DNA from: a virus | Reading direction: 5' to 3' (one strand) | DNA length: 64,000 bases | Virus record (IMG/VR): IMGVR_UViG_3300044811_000020 | Span: 2,457-66,456 of that record | In this document: one piece after another, positions 16,116 through 26,821 of the stretch | Layout of the letters: each line of letters opens with the position of its first letter | Numbering within the stretch: the first letter of the stretch is position 1 | Program-made: the position numbers and the translations under genes | The notes under the pieces: generated by a model | Database searches by the model: none | What the model was told of the DNA's origin: nothing | Seen by the model: only the letters and a program-made list of their open reading frames with translations

Positions 16116-17932
16116 GGAGTGCAAGGCAAAAGGCTGCGATGCAGCGGCCCAAGGTATTCCAGCGCGCGATCGACGCCCGGAAGCTCCTGACGGGGCTGTG
16201 CCTGGATCGCGGGATATCGATCGACGAGGTGCGGACGCAATACGAGCGCTCGCCCTTAGCCATTGAGATTAGAGCAGAATTTTCAAGAATGACGGCGGAA
16301 CACAAGATCGGATCGGTTATAGTCGCGCGGATTCTCGGGGTTTCATGCTGGACCGTCCAATACTGGCGCAACCCGGTGACGCGAGCGAAGAAGCAGGAAC
16401 GGAACCGCATTGCGCGGAGACAGCGCCAGGAAACGAGGTCATCATGACGGAACTAGGCTCGACGGTGGTTAAGCTGGAATTGGAAGCCGATAAGGCAGCG
16501 CGCCACAAGCAGGCGCTATCGAATGCCATGCTGGTCGTCTGCGCTGTTGCTGAGGAAGCACGGCGAGACGGATTCTATGTGGAATTCGGGCTCGGTATGG
16601 ATCAGTTCGGCCGGTACGTGATCAATCCGCCGGCGACCATCCTCAAGAGGTATTGAGCCATGGAGGGCGCGGTATTCTGGCTGTTCTTTGGTTCCGCTGT
16701 GATCGGCTCGCCATTTGCGCACTTGGGCCGGGTTGGGCCAATGACGGAACAGCAATGCGAGCGCGCCGTGGCTGCGCTCGGGCCGGAGGCGTCATGCCGG
16801 AGGTCGATCGGCGCTATGACGTGCGGCGGTAGCCGGGCCGGTTACATTTGCCCTTTATTTGAGGGCGATATATCCGTGCCAGTGGGGCCGCGATGATGTC
16901 ACCGCAGGGCTATTACGGATATATATCCCGTTGGCGGGATTATACATTTGGGGTTCCGACTGAAAGGGGACTCGAAATGTTGAAAATCGCCTTTTGCTTG
17001 GTGCTGACGTCGTGGATGACGGCATGCATCATGCTGATTATCTATTCTCGCGAGATTGCAGAATTTATGCTGGAGAGGATGCAATGAAACCGATTGAGCA
17101 GGCTCGCGCCGATCTGAATGCGGCTCAAGCCGCGGATCCGGGCTGGGAAAAGTTCGAGTTCGTGCTGCGCACCGGTATCAGGCTAAAACAGGTTATGGTC
17201 GCGAAAGGGCTGACGCTCGCCAAGACGAAGTGCCCGAAATGCAATGGCGCTGAGGCGCTGCACGGTCGGCTCGTCACGGGGCTGGCGGCTGGTCGGCGCG
17301 GGCGCAGCGGCGGCGCATTCCGGATGTGGTGCGATGCCTGCCCCGATATCAGGATGATGGAGTGAACCATGGAAGCTTATCCACCGACTGCCGCTGACTA
17401 TGCGCAGGCTGCAGCTGACAATGCCAAGTACAGACTTGATGAACTCGGAGGGCCGATATCGCTGCGCGACTACTTCGCGGCGCAGGCTCCGATCGATGCC
17501 AAGATGGTGCTGGCTGTATGGGGAGATGAGAGTTTGGCCGGCCCGCCGTCTGATGACAGGGCGCGCGCGTCATTTATGGCTGTTTGGGCGTTGTTGCGGT
17601 ACGAATACGCGGACGCAATGTTGGAACACCGCAAGCAGTGACGCCCCGCGAGCGCCGCGACTGGCCATATCTCGCCGGCGCATTCGCCCTCCTGCTCGGG
17701 TTCGTGCTGATGCAGGCGTTTATATATTTGGGAGTGCTCGGTGGGTAATCTATCGACTTGGAAGGAATCGGTATCGGCACAAGCTCGGCGCAAGCGATTG
17801 CCGATCGAATATTTTGTGGGGTATAGCCTGGTTTGCCAGTGGTGTGAGCAGGGGTTTCGCTGCTTCCGTGAGTTCGAACCGTTCTGCGGGGCGTGTAGGG
17901 ATTTGAAAGGTGCGCCTGATGGGAGGTTCTAA
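16112..17932 (+). other. Cluster of small coupled hypothetical ORFs (16112-16447 HTH-like, 16444-16656, 16660-16896, 16893-17087, 17084-17365, 17369-17641 with SLRDYFAA motif, 17741-17932)
   Basis: Consecutive or overlapping start/stop codons; common phage motif SLRDYFAAQA...YADAML. Confidence 0.6.
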
Positions 17933-18521
17933 GAAGGGCGAGCGCCGCGGCGGCGCCAAGCCTCGCATCGTGCGCAAGCCCAAGATCGAGGGCGCGACCA
18001 AGCGCGGGTTCGGCACCGGTGGCGGCCGCGTCAAGGGCTCAAAGAACAAGCCCAAGACTGAGGAGAAAATGAAAGAGCGGGTCAACGAGATACTGAACCG
18101 CCATATCCCGGTCGCGCGCAAGGAGCAGGAAATCGAGGCGTATTTCATGGCGGTGGGCAAGCGGCTGCGCTTGCCGAAAGAGGTCATGCTGGATGCGATG
18201 CGGTTTTTCGAGGAAAACGCTATTGAATGGGCTGAGGTGCAGCGCGCAAACCTGATCCAGTCTGCGCAGGCTCGCACGATCGAGGAGCGGGCGGTTTATG
18301 AGGCTGCGGTCGCCACGGCCGATATGCGGATGCGGGAATATCTGACGCAGGCGGTCGACGTCGCGTACAAGGTGGCGCCGTATGTTCATCCTCGTTTGGC
18401 CGCGCTGATCACAAATCCGCAGGATGACCGCAATCCGCTGAACGCGGTGGCGATGCTGTTCAAGGAACTCGACGAGGCCGGGCGGCCGCCGACTTACATA
18501 GATCACGATCCCGCCGAATGA
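17910..18521 (+). CDS. Putative terminase small subunit
   Basis: GERRGG...GRVKGSKNK N-terminus and AYKVAPYVHPRL C-terminus; upstream of the portal. Confidence 0.7.
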   Translation: MRLMGGSKKGERRGGAKPRIVRKPKIEGATKRGFGTGGGRVKGSKNKPKTEEKMKERVNEILNRHIPVARKEQEIEAYFMAVGKRLRLPKEVMLDAMRFFEENAIEWAEVQRANLIQSAQARTIEERAVYEAAVATADMRMREYLTQAVDVAYKVAPYVHPRLAALITNPQDDRNPLNAVAMLFKELDEAGRPPTYIDHDPAE

Positions 18522-19131
18522 TTAGCCCCAACAAACGGTCAATCGTTGAGATTGAGGCTATTCGTTCGCGCGAGACGTGCCCTCGGCTGCCGGGCGAGCC
18601 TGAGAAGGAATATTTCTGTCCAATTCTGGTTACTTGTCCTCATTGGCTGGACAAGTGCCATGACAACGGCTGTCAGCATCCGGAGGCCATTAAGATGCGG
18701 GAGGGCAAATGAGCGTGCAGGAACTCAGGCTGAATGGCGGTGCTGTGCAGGTTAAGCATGTCGATGGGACAGATATAATCTCGATTGTAGTGACCGGCGG
18801 GATGAACACGCTTTCCGCGCTACTCACTCGAAATGAGCAGCACATGCTATTCCTGTATTTGCAGGAGAGGCTGGCCAAATGACGCGCATCGGTAAGATCA
18901 CGATCGACCGCGCGGCGCCGCAGATCGCACATCTCAAACTCGGCGATTATTATTTCGGCTACGTGGTCGAGGATGGTGCCCCAGCGTTGGGTGTGTGGCG
19001 GCTTGAGGCCGTTCGAAACATATATGGGCGGTCCCCGGTATCTGAGGTTTGTTTGAGCCGAGTGTCATAGGCTGGCAAATCGGGTCCGATCGCGGTATAG
19101 GTTCCAGACGCGCATCAAACCGGAGTGCCGA

Positions 19132-19629
19132 ATGTCGCACCTCTTGCATACCGTAAATCCCCAAGCATCCGACAACATCCGCCCAATCCCACCCCGCCAG
19201 CCGCTTCCGGGCGTCGGTGAAACGGTAATCTACACCATGAGGCCAGGTCATGGCCGGAGCGGCCGAACGCGCTTCCCGGCCCTCGTGATGGGCGAGCAAG
19301 GCGGGCGGCTCCTCCTGACGGTCATCATCGACGCCGGCGACATGATCGACGAATCGCTGGTCGAGGAGGCTGGGCCCGGCGCTGAGTTCCATTGTTGGGA
19401 GCGTGTGGCACCGACGGCCCTCCCGGGCATCCATGGCACGGTCTCGGCCCTCCATGAGCGGATTGGCGATCTCGAGGCGCAGTTCAAGCAATTGAGCGCC
19501 ACTGTCCTCGGCGACTTCGAACATCCGAAGATTTCGCTTATTTCGATTCTCCAGGACTTTGAAAATCGGCTTCGATCGCTCAAGCAGGAAGCGAATGCAC
19601 CGGCGAAGGCTGGCAAATCCAAGAAGTGA
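19132..19629 (+). CDS. Hypothetical protein preceding the portal
   Basis: GGAG RBS; possible promoter TGGCAA-N17-TATAGG at 19073-19101. Confidence 0.7.
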   Translation: MSHLLHTVNPQASDNIRPIPPRQPLPGVGETVIYTMRPGHGRSGRTRFPALVMGEQGGRLLLTVIIDAGDMIDESLVEEAGPGAEFHCWERVAPTALPGIHGTVSALHERIGDLEAQFKQLSATVLGDFEHPKISLISILQDFENRLRSLKQEANAPAKAGKSKK

Positions 19630-19637
19630 GGAAGTAA

Positions 19638-21995
19638 ATGGCCGCTCGCCGGGAATTGCTCGAGGACGTGTCCTATGAGGACGTCACCGACAAAAAAGAC
19701 GATTATTTTACCGGTGAGGGAAAGTCGATCGACAAGGACGATAACGACTGGTCGAGCGAAAGCGATACGGTCGGCATCGGCCCTGACGATATCCAGATGC
19801 GCCCGGTCAGTAAGCTCGGGCCGCGGGACCGGTTCATCATCCTGCAGCGCTGGTGGTATTCCGACCAGGAGGCGAGCGCGACCTGGCGCTCTCAGGCCAC
19901 GGACGATCTCGGGTTTATCGCCGGCGAGCAACTGTCGGACGCGGACAAGGCCATTCTCGACGAGGCCAACCGCCCTCATGTGGTGTTCAATCGGGTGCTG
20001 ACGATCATCAAGGCGATCGCGGGCATGGAAATCAATGGCCGGCATGAGATTGTGTTTCTGCCGGAGGAAAACAGCGATACGCAGGTGGCTGAAATCCTGT
20101 CCGGGACGTCGAAGTGGATGGGGAACAAGTGCGACGCTGAGGATGAGCAAAGCGAGGCGTTCCAGCAGTGCGCGGTGACCGGCCTAGGCGTCACCGAATC
20201 CCGCTTCACGTATGAATTCGGGCCCAAGGGCAAATATATCGAGGAAATGTTCGATTGCCGGGAATTCTTCTGGGATCGGACGGCGAAGAAGAAAAACCTC
20301 GTCGATGCGCGCCGTATGCACCGGGTTCGCCGCATGCCGCTGTCGGATGCGATGCAGATGTTCCCGGGCAAGGATCGGAGGCAGTTGGACGCGTCATGGG
20401 CGGATGCGGGTATTTATTACGATACCGGGCCGCGGTCGATCGAGGAGAAGCGGATCCGCGACGGGAAAAACTCATATCTCGATTGGGATGATACCAACGA
20501 GGTCACGATCGTCTGCACGCAATGGTGGGAGCGGGAGCCGTATTATCTCGTTGCCGACGAGGCCTCGCAGGAAATGGTCGAGATGTCGCCCAAGGAATAC
20601 AAGCTCTTGGACCGGCTGCGGCGGCTGCAGGGGATGCCCAAGCTCGACGGCGTGCGGATGTCCAAGCGGGTATTCAAGCAGGCGTTCCTCGGCAATGAGG
20701 AGTTGGGCTGCGGTCCGGCGCCTTGCGGTGAGCAGTTTAGCTGGGGCGTGATGACCGGCGAGTGGGACGCGAAGAAGCGTTTCTGGTATGGGCTGACCCG
20801 CGTGGTGCGCGATCCGCAGATGTGGGCTAACAAGTTCATGTCGCAGGTAATGCACATCATGAACTCGACGGCCAAGGGTGGTATCCTGGCGGAGCGCGAT
20901 GCGTTCGATGACGAGATTGAGGCTGAGGAGAGTTATGCCCTAGCCGATATGATCACTTGGCTCAAGTCTGGCGCTTTGAGTGGCCAGAATCCCAAGATCA
21001 TGCCGAAACCGGGCCAAGGCAGCGCTGACGCCTATGTGCAGTTGCTGCAATACGCAGTGAACGCCATTCCGCAGGTGACGGGCGTCAATTTCGAACTCCT
21101 CGGGCAGCAGGACGTGCAAAACCCGGGCGTGGTCGAGGCGATGCGCAAGCAGGCCGGCATGACGGTGCTGGCGACGTTGTTCGATGCACTGCGGCGATAT
21201 CGGAAGATATTGGGGCGGATCCGGCTGAATGTGATCCAAACCCGCATGAGTGATGGGCGGATTATCCGGATTGTCGGTCAGCAATATACGGGCGCGGTGC
21301 GCCTGGCCAAGGATATCACTGCCGGCGAATATGACGTTTCGGTGGCTGACGCGCCGACGTCGCCGAACCAGAAGGAAGCGAATTGGGCGATTATCCAGAC
21401 CTTCCTGCCGGTGTTTAAGGAGCAGTTGATGGCGGTGCCGGAGGTGCTGGTCATGGTGCTCGAATATTCGCCGCTGCCCTCTGAGCTCGTATCCGGCATG
21501 AAGCGGGTTATCCTCCAGAAGCAGCAGGATCCGGCCGCGCAGCAGGATCAGCAGCAGATGAAGGAACTGGCGATGGCTGAATTGCTGTCCAAGGTCAGCC
21601 TGAACGATGCCAAGGCCAATGAGGCCAATGCTAAGGCGGGCAGCCAGCAGGCCACGGCGGCCTATGACGTGGCGATTGCGCAGAACATGATGCACGATAA
21701 CGCGTTGCAGCGCGGCAAGCTTCTCGTCGACGCCAAGAAGGGCGATGCTGAGGTTGGGCTGATCCACGCCAAGGCCGCGCGCGAGGTTGCCAGTATCCAC
21801 CACGACTCGGCGTCGACGGCTACGGACGTGCTGAACGCCCGAACCAAGCATATCGAGGCGATGGACAAGATCCATACGAACCGGGTCGGGGCACTGGCTG
21901 GCGCGCACCATGATCTCGCCTCGGCGTTCCAGAAGCGGGTTGCGGCCATGGTCGCGGCGCGGCAGCCGGCCAAGCCTGTGGGTGCGAGCAAATGA
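19638..21995 (+). CDS. Portal protein (P22/Bcep22-like)
   Basis: 785 aa; FIAGEQ...RPHVVFNRV...RDPQMWANK...GEYDVSV; Q-rich barrel tail. Confidence 0.88.
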   Translation: MAARRELLEDVSYEDVTDKKDDYFTGEGKSIDKDDNDWSSESDTVGIGPDDIQMRPVSKLGPRDRFIILQRWWYSDQEASATWRSQATDDLGFIAGEQLSDADKAILDEANRPHVVFNRVLTIIKAIAGMEINGRHEIVFLPEENSDTQVAEILSGTSKWMGNKCDAEDEQSEAFQQCAVTGLGVTESRFTYEFGPKGKYIEEMFDCREFFWDRTAKKKNLVDARRMHRVRRMPLSDAMQMFPGKDRRQLDASWADAGIYYDTGPRSIEEKRIRDGKNSYLDWDDTNEVTIVCTQWWEREPYYLVADEASQEMVEMSPKEYKLLDRLRRLQGMPKLDGVRMSKRVFKQAFLGNEELGCGPAPCGEQFSWGVMTGEWDAKKRFWYGLTRVVRDPQMWANKFMSQVMHIMNSTAKGGILAERDAFDDEIEAEESYALADMITWLKSGALSGQNPKIMPKPGQGSADAYVQLLQYAVNAIPQVTGVNFELLGQQDVQNPGVVEAMRKQAGMTVLATLFDALRRYRKILGRIRLNVIQTRMSDGRIIRIVGQQYTGAVRLAKDITAGEYDVSVADAPTSPNQKEANWAIIQTFLPVFKEQLMAVPEVLVMVLEYSPLPSELVSGMKRVILQKQQDPAAQQDQQQMKELAMAELLSKVSLNDAKANEANAKAGSQQATAAYDVAIAQNMMHDNALQRGKLLVDAKKGDAEVGLIHAKAAREVASIHHDSASTATDVLNARTKHIEAMDKIHTNRVGALAGAHHDLASAFQKRVAAMVAARQPAKPVGASK

Positions 21996-22258
21996 GCGAA
22001 CTGCCCGAAGGCGTCAAAAGCGTCATGTTCCTGCGGGACGGCTGGCCCTATGCGGTCGTCTGCAAGGTGGTGATGGATGACGATTGCGTGGGGATCGGCA
22101 TGTATCGGGCAAAAGGCACGTTATCCCCGGATACCTTTGACCAATTGGCGATGATGGATGCGATGCAGAATATCGGGCTGAAGCCTGCGGATTATACCGA
22201 GTTGCAGGCTCATATCGCCAAGGTGAAGGCGGCGGCTGAGGCCAAAGGTCCAAAATGA
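21992..22258 (+). CDS. Hypothetical protein
   Basis: ATGA-coupled ORF. Confidence 0.6.
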   Translation: MSELPEGVKSVMFLRDGWPYAVVCKVVMDDDCVGIGMYRAKGTLSPDTFDQLAMMDAMQNIGLKPADYTELQAHIAKVKAAAEAKGPK

Positions 22259-22638
22259 TCCGCTCCGACTCCGCGCTGCTACGGCATGCGCAGGACTTTT
22301 TCCTATCCGATCTCGTCGGGCTATATACGTGGGGCGATGTTAAGATTGCCCCGCCGGAGGAGCGGCCAGGTATCCCGCCGAACGTCGACTATCGGGAGCG
22401 GCGCAGGCAGATGGAAGCGCGGGTGGGCATGGGCCGCCATCTCGAGCAGGCCCGGATTGTTTTCAAGCCGTGGGAGTTGCTGATTTATTCGTCCAACGAG
22501 CGGCCGCCCCTCGGCGAGGTGGCGCTTCGTGACTTCGATAATGGTGTTTCGCTGGTGTCGGGCCCGGTCGACGCGGCGACATGGGCCAAGATCGGGATTG
22601 TGATAAGGTCCAGCCATGGCAACCGACGAGCAAGTTAG
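22255..22638 (+). CDS. Hypothetical protein
   Basis: ATGA-coupled ORF. Confidence 0.6.
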   Translation: MIRSDSALLRHAQDFFLSDLVGLYTWGDVKIAPPEERPGIPPNVDYRERRRQMEARVGMGRHLEQARIVFKPWELLIYSSNERPPLGEVALRDFDNGVSLVSGPVDAATWAKIGIVIRSSHGNRRAS

Positions 22639-22775
22639 GAATAGCCTGATCCTGCTGGCGAAAGACGCGCGGGACCGTAAGGATTATGATCTGTGCATAC
22701 TCTATGCGAATTCGGCCATTCGGCTCGGTGATAAATTGATAGACGATATCGGCAAGCATCAAAGGAAACCGCATC

Positions 22776-24131
22776 ATGACTAAATATACCGAACGCCTCA
22801 TGTCTCGGGCGTCTGTGGCTGCCATGGCGGCGTTTGCGCCAAAGTCTGACCCCGCGTCGACAATACCCAATTTTGCGGAGCGCGTCGACGATAACGCGGC
22901 CGGGGGCGGCGGTGACGATGACTTACTCGACGGGCTGAGCGCGGAGGAACAGGCGCAGTTCGCGGCGATGAACGGCGGCAAGCCCGCTGGCGATCAAGGC
23001 AACGTAGATCCGGCCGGAGATGGCGCGGGGGAGGGAGACGACGATGGAACAGATCCCGAGTTGGATGGAGGCGCTGATGGACCTGATGATCCCGCTGGGG
23101 CTGTTGATGATCGGGCAGATGGTACTGACGCTGGCAAGCCGGATGCGCAGGCGAGCGATAAGCGCCCGGCCCCCAAAACTGTAAGCTACGGCAAATACCA
23201 GCGCGAGCTCGCCAAGGCACAAAAGGAGCGGGATGAGTTCGCGGCCAAGTATGACGGTGCCACCAAGGAGACGGTTAAGGAGCGTGAGGAGCGGATCAAG
23301 CTCAACGAGCGGACGCGGCTATTGCTCGAGGCGATCAATACCAAGCAACCTGCGGCGGCCGCTGCGGAGACTGAGGACAAGGATCCGGAGCCGGACAAGG
23401 ATTCGGACCCGCTCGGCCATCTGGAATGGCGAAACCGGAAGCTCGAAAATACCGTTAACGAGATGCGCACCGGCCGGCAGCAGGAACAGCAGGTTACGGC
23501 GGCGGAGCGGGAGGAGCAGCAGGTTTACGGCGCGTTCTCGGCCGATCTCGAGCGGGCGGCGGGTGCTGATCCGACATTTGCCGATGCTTTCGTGCATCTG
23601 CGGGAGACCCGATATCGGGAACTCGGGTTTATTTATGCGGATATTGATATAACCGATACCGCGCAGGTAGCGACACTGAGCGGGCCGGAACAGGCGGCAT
23701 TATCCCAAAACATCAAGAAAGCGTTTTACAACGAGCAGATTATGGTCGCGCGCGGCGCGATGCAGGCGGGCAAGTCGCCGGCCAAGGTGGTTGAGAACTT
23801 GGCTCGGGCCCGTGGCTTCGTGCCCAAGGCGGCTGCGGCGGCGCCTGATGCGGCTGCGGCGGCTGGCAGCGGCGCGGCCAAGCCACGCAATGGGGCGGCT
23901 CCGCCTGCCCGTGTGGAAGCGGCTCCGCAGGGTACGGTGAGCGACCAACTGGAACAGATAAGGCAGAACGCTGCGGCTTCCCGGTCCCTGTCGGACGCGG
24001 GCGGCTCGCCTGGCGGCGATCTGACGCCGGAGCGGCTCGTTGCGATGGATGACGATGAGTTCGAGCAGTTGGTGGCGACCATGCCAAAGGGTCGGTTGGA
24101 TAAACTGATGGGCAAGGGGCCCGGCCAATGA
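22776..24131 (+). CDS. Capsid scaffolding protein
   Basis: Acidic disordered N-terminus, coiled coil, C-terminal LVAMDDDEF; between portal and capsid. Confidence 0.75.
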   Translation: MTKYTERLMSRASVAAMAAFAPKSDPASTIPNFAERVDDNAAGGGGDDDLLDGLSAEEQAQFAAMNGGKPAGDQGNVDPAGDGAGEGDDDGTDPELDGGADGPDDPAGAVDDRADGTDAGKPDAQASDKRPAPKTVSYGKYQRELAKAQKERDEFAAKYDGATKETVKEREERIKLNERTRLLLEAINTKQPAAAAAETEDKDPEPDKDSDPLGHLEWRNRKLENTVNEMRTGRQQEQQVTAAEREEQQVYGAFSADLERAAGADPTFADAFVHLRETRYRELGFIYADIDITDTAQVATLSGPEQAALSQNIKKAFYNEQIMVARGAMQAGKSPAKVVENLARARGFVPKAAAAAPDAAAAAGSGAAKPRNGAAPPARVEAAPQGTVSDQLEQIRQNAAASRSLSDAGGSPGGDLTPERLVAMDDDEFEQLVATMPKGRLDKLMGKGPGQ

Positions 24132-24595
24132 GGTATTATCTCGATTGCGAGTTCAATGGCTATCAGGGCGGATTGATCAGTATGGCGCTCGTCAGGGATG
24201 ACGGGCCTGAGCTATATCTGGCTTGGCCGCGAAACGACTGCATTCCGTGGGTCGAGGCCAACGTGGTGCCGATCGTTGAATGCCGCGGCGCGTCGCCTCA
24301 TATGGTCAGGCTTAGTTCATGGGGCGGCATGATTGAGACATTCCTGCGCGGCGATTCGCTCCCCACGGTCATTGCGGATTGGCCGGACGATATCCGGTAT
24401 TTCTGTGAGTGCCTGATCACCAGTCCGGGCGAGATGATTGATATTCCGACCGACCGCGCCGCGGCACCGTATAATCGAGTAATCCAGTTCGTGGTCGAGC
24501 GCATTGACGCTTATCCGACCGATTTACCCGGCGCGGTGCAACATAATGCTCTGTGGGATGCGCGAGCGCTGCGGCACAAGTTGAGCATTCGATAA
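24128..24595 (+). CDS. DEDD-family 3'-5' exo(ribo)nuclease
   Basis: YYLDCEF...LISMALV...HNALWDARAL. Confidence 0.75.
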   Translation: MRYYLDCEFNGYQGGLISMALVRDDGPELYLAWPRNDCIPWVEANVVPIVECRGASPHMVRLSSWGGMIETFLRGDSLPTVIADWPDDIRYFCECLITSPGEMIDIPTDRAAAPYNRVIQFVVERIDAYPTDLPGAVQHNALWDARALRHKLSIR

Positions 24596-24642
24596 ACCGC
24601 GCCGGACGGATTCCGGCATTCCCTCAATATGAGGTAAGACTA

Positions 24643-25035
24643 ATGCGTGAGATAACAGGCTTTGCGATCAATCCCGCGAACGAGAAGTTGAAAATCGAGG
24701 TTACGGACGAGCCGGGCGCCGGTGGCGCTAACCATCGGTATATTATCAGCGGGTTTGATCTCGCCACTAACCCCTCCGGGAAAGGAATCGATGGCTCTTA
24801 TGGGCTGCCGGTTATTTTCCAGAACGGCACCATTCCCGAGAATGGCGTCAATGGCGTTACACAAGAGGCACTGCTGGCGATCGTGATTGATCGACTACGC
24901 TCGTTTCAGGCTGGAAAGTTCGCTTGCCGCGAGAATGCGCTGGCGGTGACGAAACTGGAGGAGGCGATGCACTGGTTACAGCATCGCACGCGATCGCGCA
25001 TTGACCGCGGCGTGGAAGGGGCGCACAAGGCTTAG
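24643..25035 (+). CDS. tad1: Tad1-family immune-signal sponge (anti-Thoeris/anti-CBASS)
   Basis: PGAGGANHRY...FQNG...NGV...LLAIVIDRLRSFQAGKFACRENALAVTKLEEAMHWLQHRTRSRIDRGVEG. Confidence 0.85.
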   Translation: MREITGFAINPANEKLKIEVTDEPGAGGANHRYIISGFDLATNPSGKGIDGSYGLPVIFQNGTIPENGVNGVTQEALLAIVIDRLRSFQAGKFACRENALAVTKLEEAMHWLQHRTRSRIDRGVEGAHKA

Positions 25036-25037
25036 AC

Positions 25038-25442
25038 TTGGTTCACCCCAAGTATCCTCCCAAAACTTGGACCGGCCCCGAAATGGGTCGGTTTTTTTCG
25101 GAGACGGTTATGTTTAAGAAAAGCGCCGATTTGATCCATCTTCACGAAAGAACTGGCAGCCATTCCACGAAGGGGAGCGGTCGCGGCACGGTGTGGTGGT
25201 ACGTCAGTGGGCCGGGGCGTCGCGAACTCGATGAGGCGCGCCTTATAGAATTGCGCAAAACCATGACGATCGTCGGGGAGGAATATCGGCGAGTGGTTAA
25301 AATACATAATAGCGCATGCGATGCTAGGAACGGCGATCTCATGCGCGCAGTTCGTCCGAGTGTGCACAAGCTTCGCAAAAGTCTGAAACGCCTCAAGCGC
25401 GAGAAGATTGAGTTAAAGGCCCAACTCCGCGAGAAGTATTGA
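25038..25442 (+). CDS. Basic hypothetical protein
   Basis: ORF fills the gap; start codon uncertain. Confidence 0.5.
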   Translation: MVHPKYPPKTWTGPEMGRFFSETVMFKKSADLIHLHERTGSHSTKGSGRGTVWWYVSGPGRRELDEARLIELRKTMTIVGEEYRRVVKIHNSACDARNGDLMRAVRPSVHKLRKSLKRLKREKIELKAQLREKY

Positions 25443-25467
25443 CGGAATAATATTGCGCCGCTATATG
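25439..25467 (+). promoter_or_regulatory. Sigma70 promoter for the capsid gene
   Basis: TTGACG-N17-TATATG. Confidence 0.75.
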
Positions 25468-25473
25468 TGAATT

Positions 25474-25678
25474 GCCCACTGAGGAGCGGGCGCCCTCCAT
25501 ATAGGTAGGGAAACAAGGCTCCGGCATTTTAGGTTTCCGGGCGTATCGTAAATGCCCGAATGGCGGCCTCGCATTGCTGAGGCTCTGTCCTGCTCCTGGA
25601 CGACATAAACCGGTGCATCCCGCAAAAGCTCGAAACCTGAGTGGCCGTTAGCGCGGCCCTCGATTCGCAGGGTGCCTC
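25474..25678 (+). ncRNA. Structured ~200-nt 5' leader of the major capsid gene
   Basis: Closing helix TTTAGGTTTC/GAAACCTGAG enclosing three hairpins. Confidence 0.55.
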
Positions 25679-26794
25679 ATGTCCACTACCAACTTCCCGC
25701 AAAATGACGCCCTTGCGGTAAAACTCTGGGCGCGAGTCCTCGAAACGGAAGCGCTCAAGTATACCGCGATCCGTCCTTTGATCGGCTCCGACGAGAATTC
25801 CGTCATCCACCTGCAGAACGCGCTATCGAAGGGCCCGGGTGACCAGATCACCTATGCCATCGTCATGCAGCTTGCGCAGGCTGGTTTCACCGAAAACCAA
25901 CTCGCGGAAGGCAACGGCGAGGCTTTGACCACCTATTCCGATGCGCTCGTGATCAACGAGCTCATGGGCGTGGTCGGCGTCAAGTCGCGCCGCACGATCG
26001 ATCAGCAGCGTATTCCGTGGGATCTGCGCGATACGGCCAAGGGCCGGCTGCGCGACTGGTACGCCAAGCGCTATTCGGTCGAGTTCTTCAATCAGGTGTG
26101 CGGATATACGCCGCAGACCGACGTGCGATACACCGGCCTGAACGCCGTCACGGCGCCGTCGGCAACGCGCGTTATCCGGCAGTCTGGGCGCGCCTCGGAC
26201 GACCTTCTGACCTCGGCGGATACGTTCACGCTGGGTCTGATCGACGCGGCGAAGGAACTGGCGATCACGGCGTCGCCGATGATTCGCCCGATCCAGTACA
26301 AGGGCACCTCGATGCGTGAAGGCGGGCGCTCCGACTTCAACAACACGCTCGAGGACATGTTCTGCATGTACCTACATCCCTATCAGGTGACGGCGATGCG
26401 CCGGAATACCTCGACGGGGCAGTGGCAGGATCTGCAGAAGATGGCCTATATGGGCCTCCGCCAGACCGGCAACCCGATTTTCTCGGGTGCCATCGGCATC
26501 TATAACGGCGTGATCCTCCGCCAGGCCTTCGACGTCACGAACGGCGTCTCGGCGGCCGGCGCGGACGTCCCGACCGTCAAGCGGGCGGTTCTGCTCGGTG
26601 CGCAGGCGGCGATGATGGGTTTCGGCCAGGACAACGGCCCCACCAAACTGACCTGGAACGAGGAGCTTTTCGACCACAAGCGCCGGCTCGAAATATCCGC
26701 CCTCACCATCCACGGTCTGAAAAAGACCCGTTACAATGCGGTAGACTACGGCACGGTGGTCGTTTCGACCTACGCCGCAGCCTCCACGTTCTAA
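25679..26794 (+). CDS. Major capsid protein (N4-gp56/DUF4043 family)
   Basis: AVKLWA...LSKGPGDQIT...AEGNGEALTTYSD...NPIFSGAIGIYNGVIL...WNEELFDH. Confidence 0.92.
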   Translation: MSTTNFPQNDALAVKLWARVLETEALKYTAIRPLIGSDENSVIHLQNALSKGPGDQITYAIVMQLAQAGFTENQLAEGNGEALTTYSDALVINELMGVVGVKSRRTIDQQRIPWDLRDTAKGRLRDWYAKRYSVEFFNQVCGYTPQTDVRYTGLNAVTAPSATRVIRQSGRASDDLLTSADTFTLGLIDAAKELAITASPMIRPIQYKGTSMREGGRSDFNNTLEDMFCMYLHPYQVTAMRRNTSTGQWQDLQKMAYMGLRQTGNPIFSGAIGIYNGVILRQAFDVTNGVSAAGADVPTVKRAVLLGAQAAMMGFGQDNGPTKLTWNEELFDHKRRLEISALTIHGLKKTRYNAVDYGTVVVSTYAAASTF

Positions 26795-26821
26795 CGCTCA
26801 GAGCACAGAGGAGAATCCGAT

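Noticed and set aside
16660-16896. Another possibly exported 4-Cys protein
   Set aside because: N-terminus lacks a basic n-region, so it was not counted among the signal-peptide set
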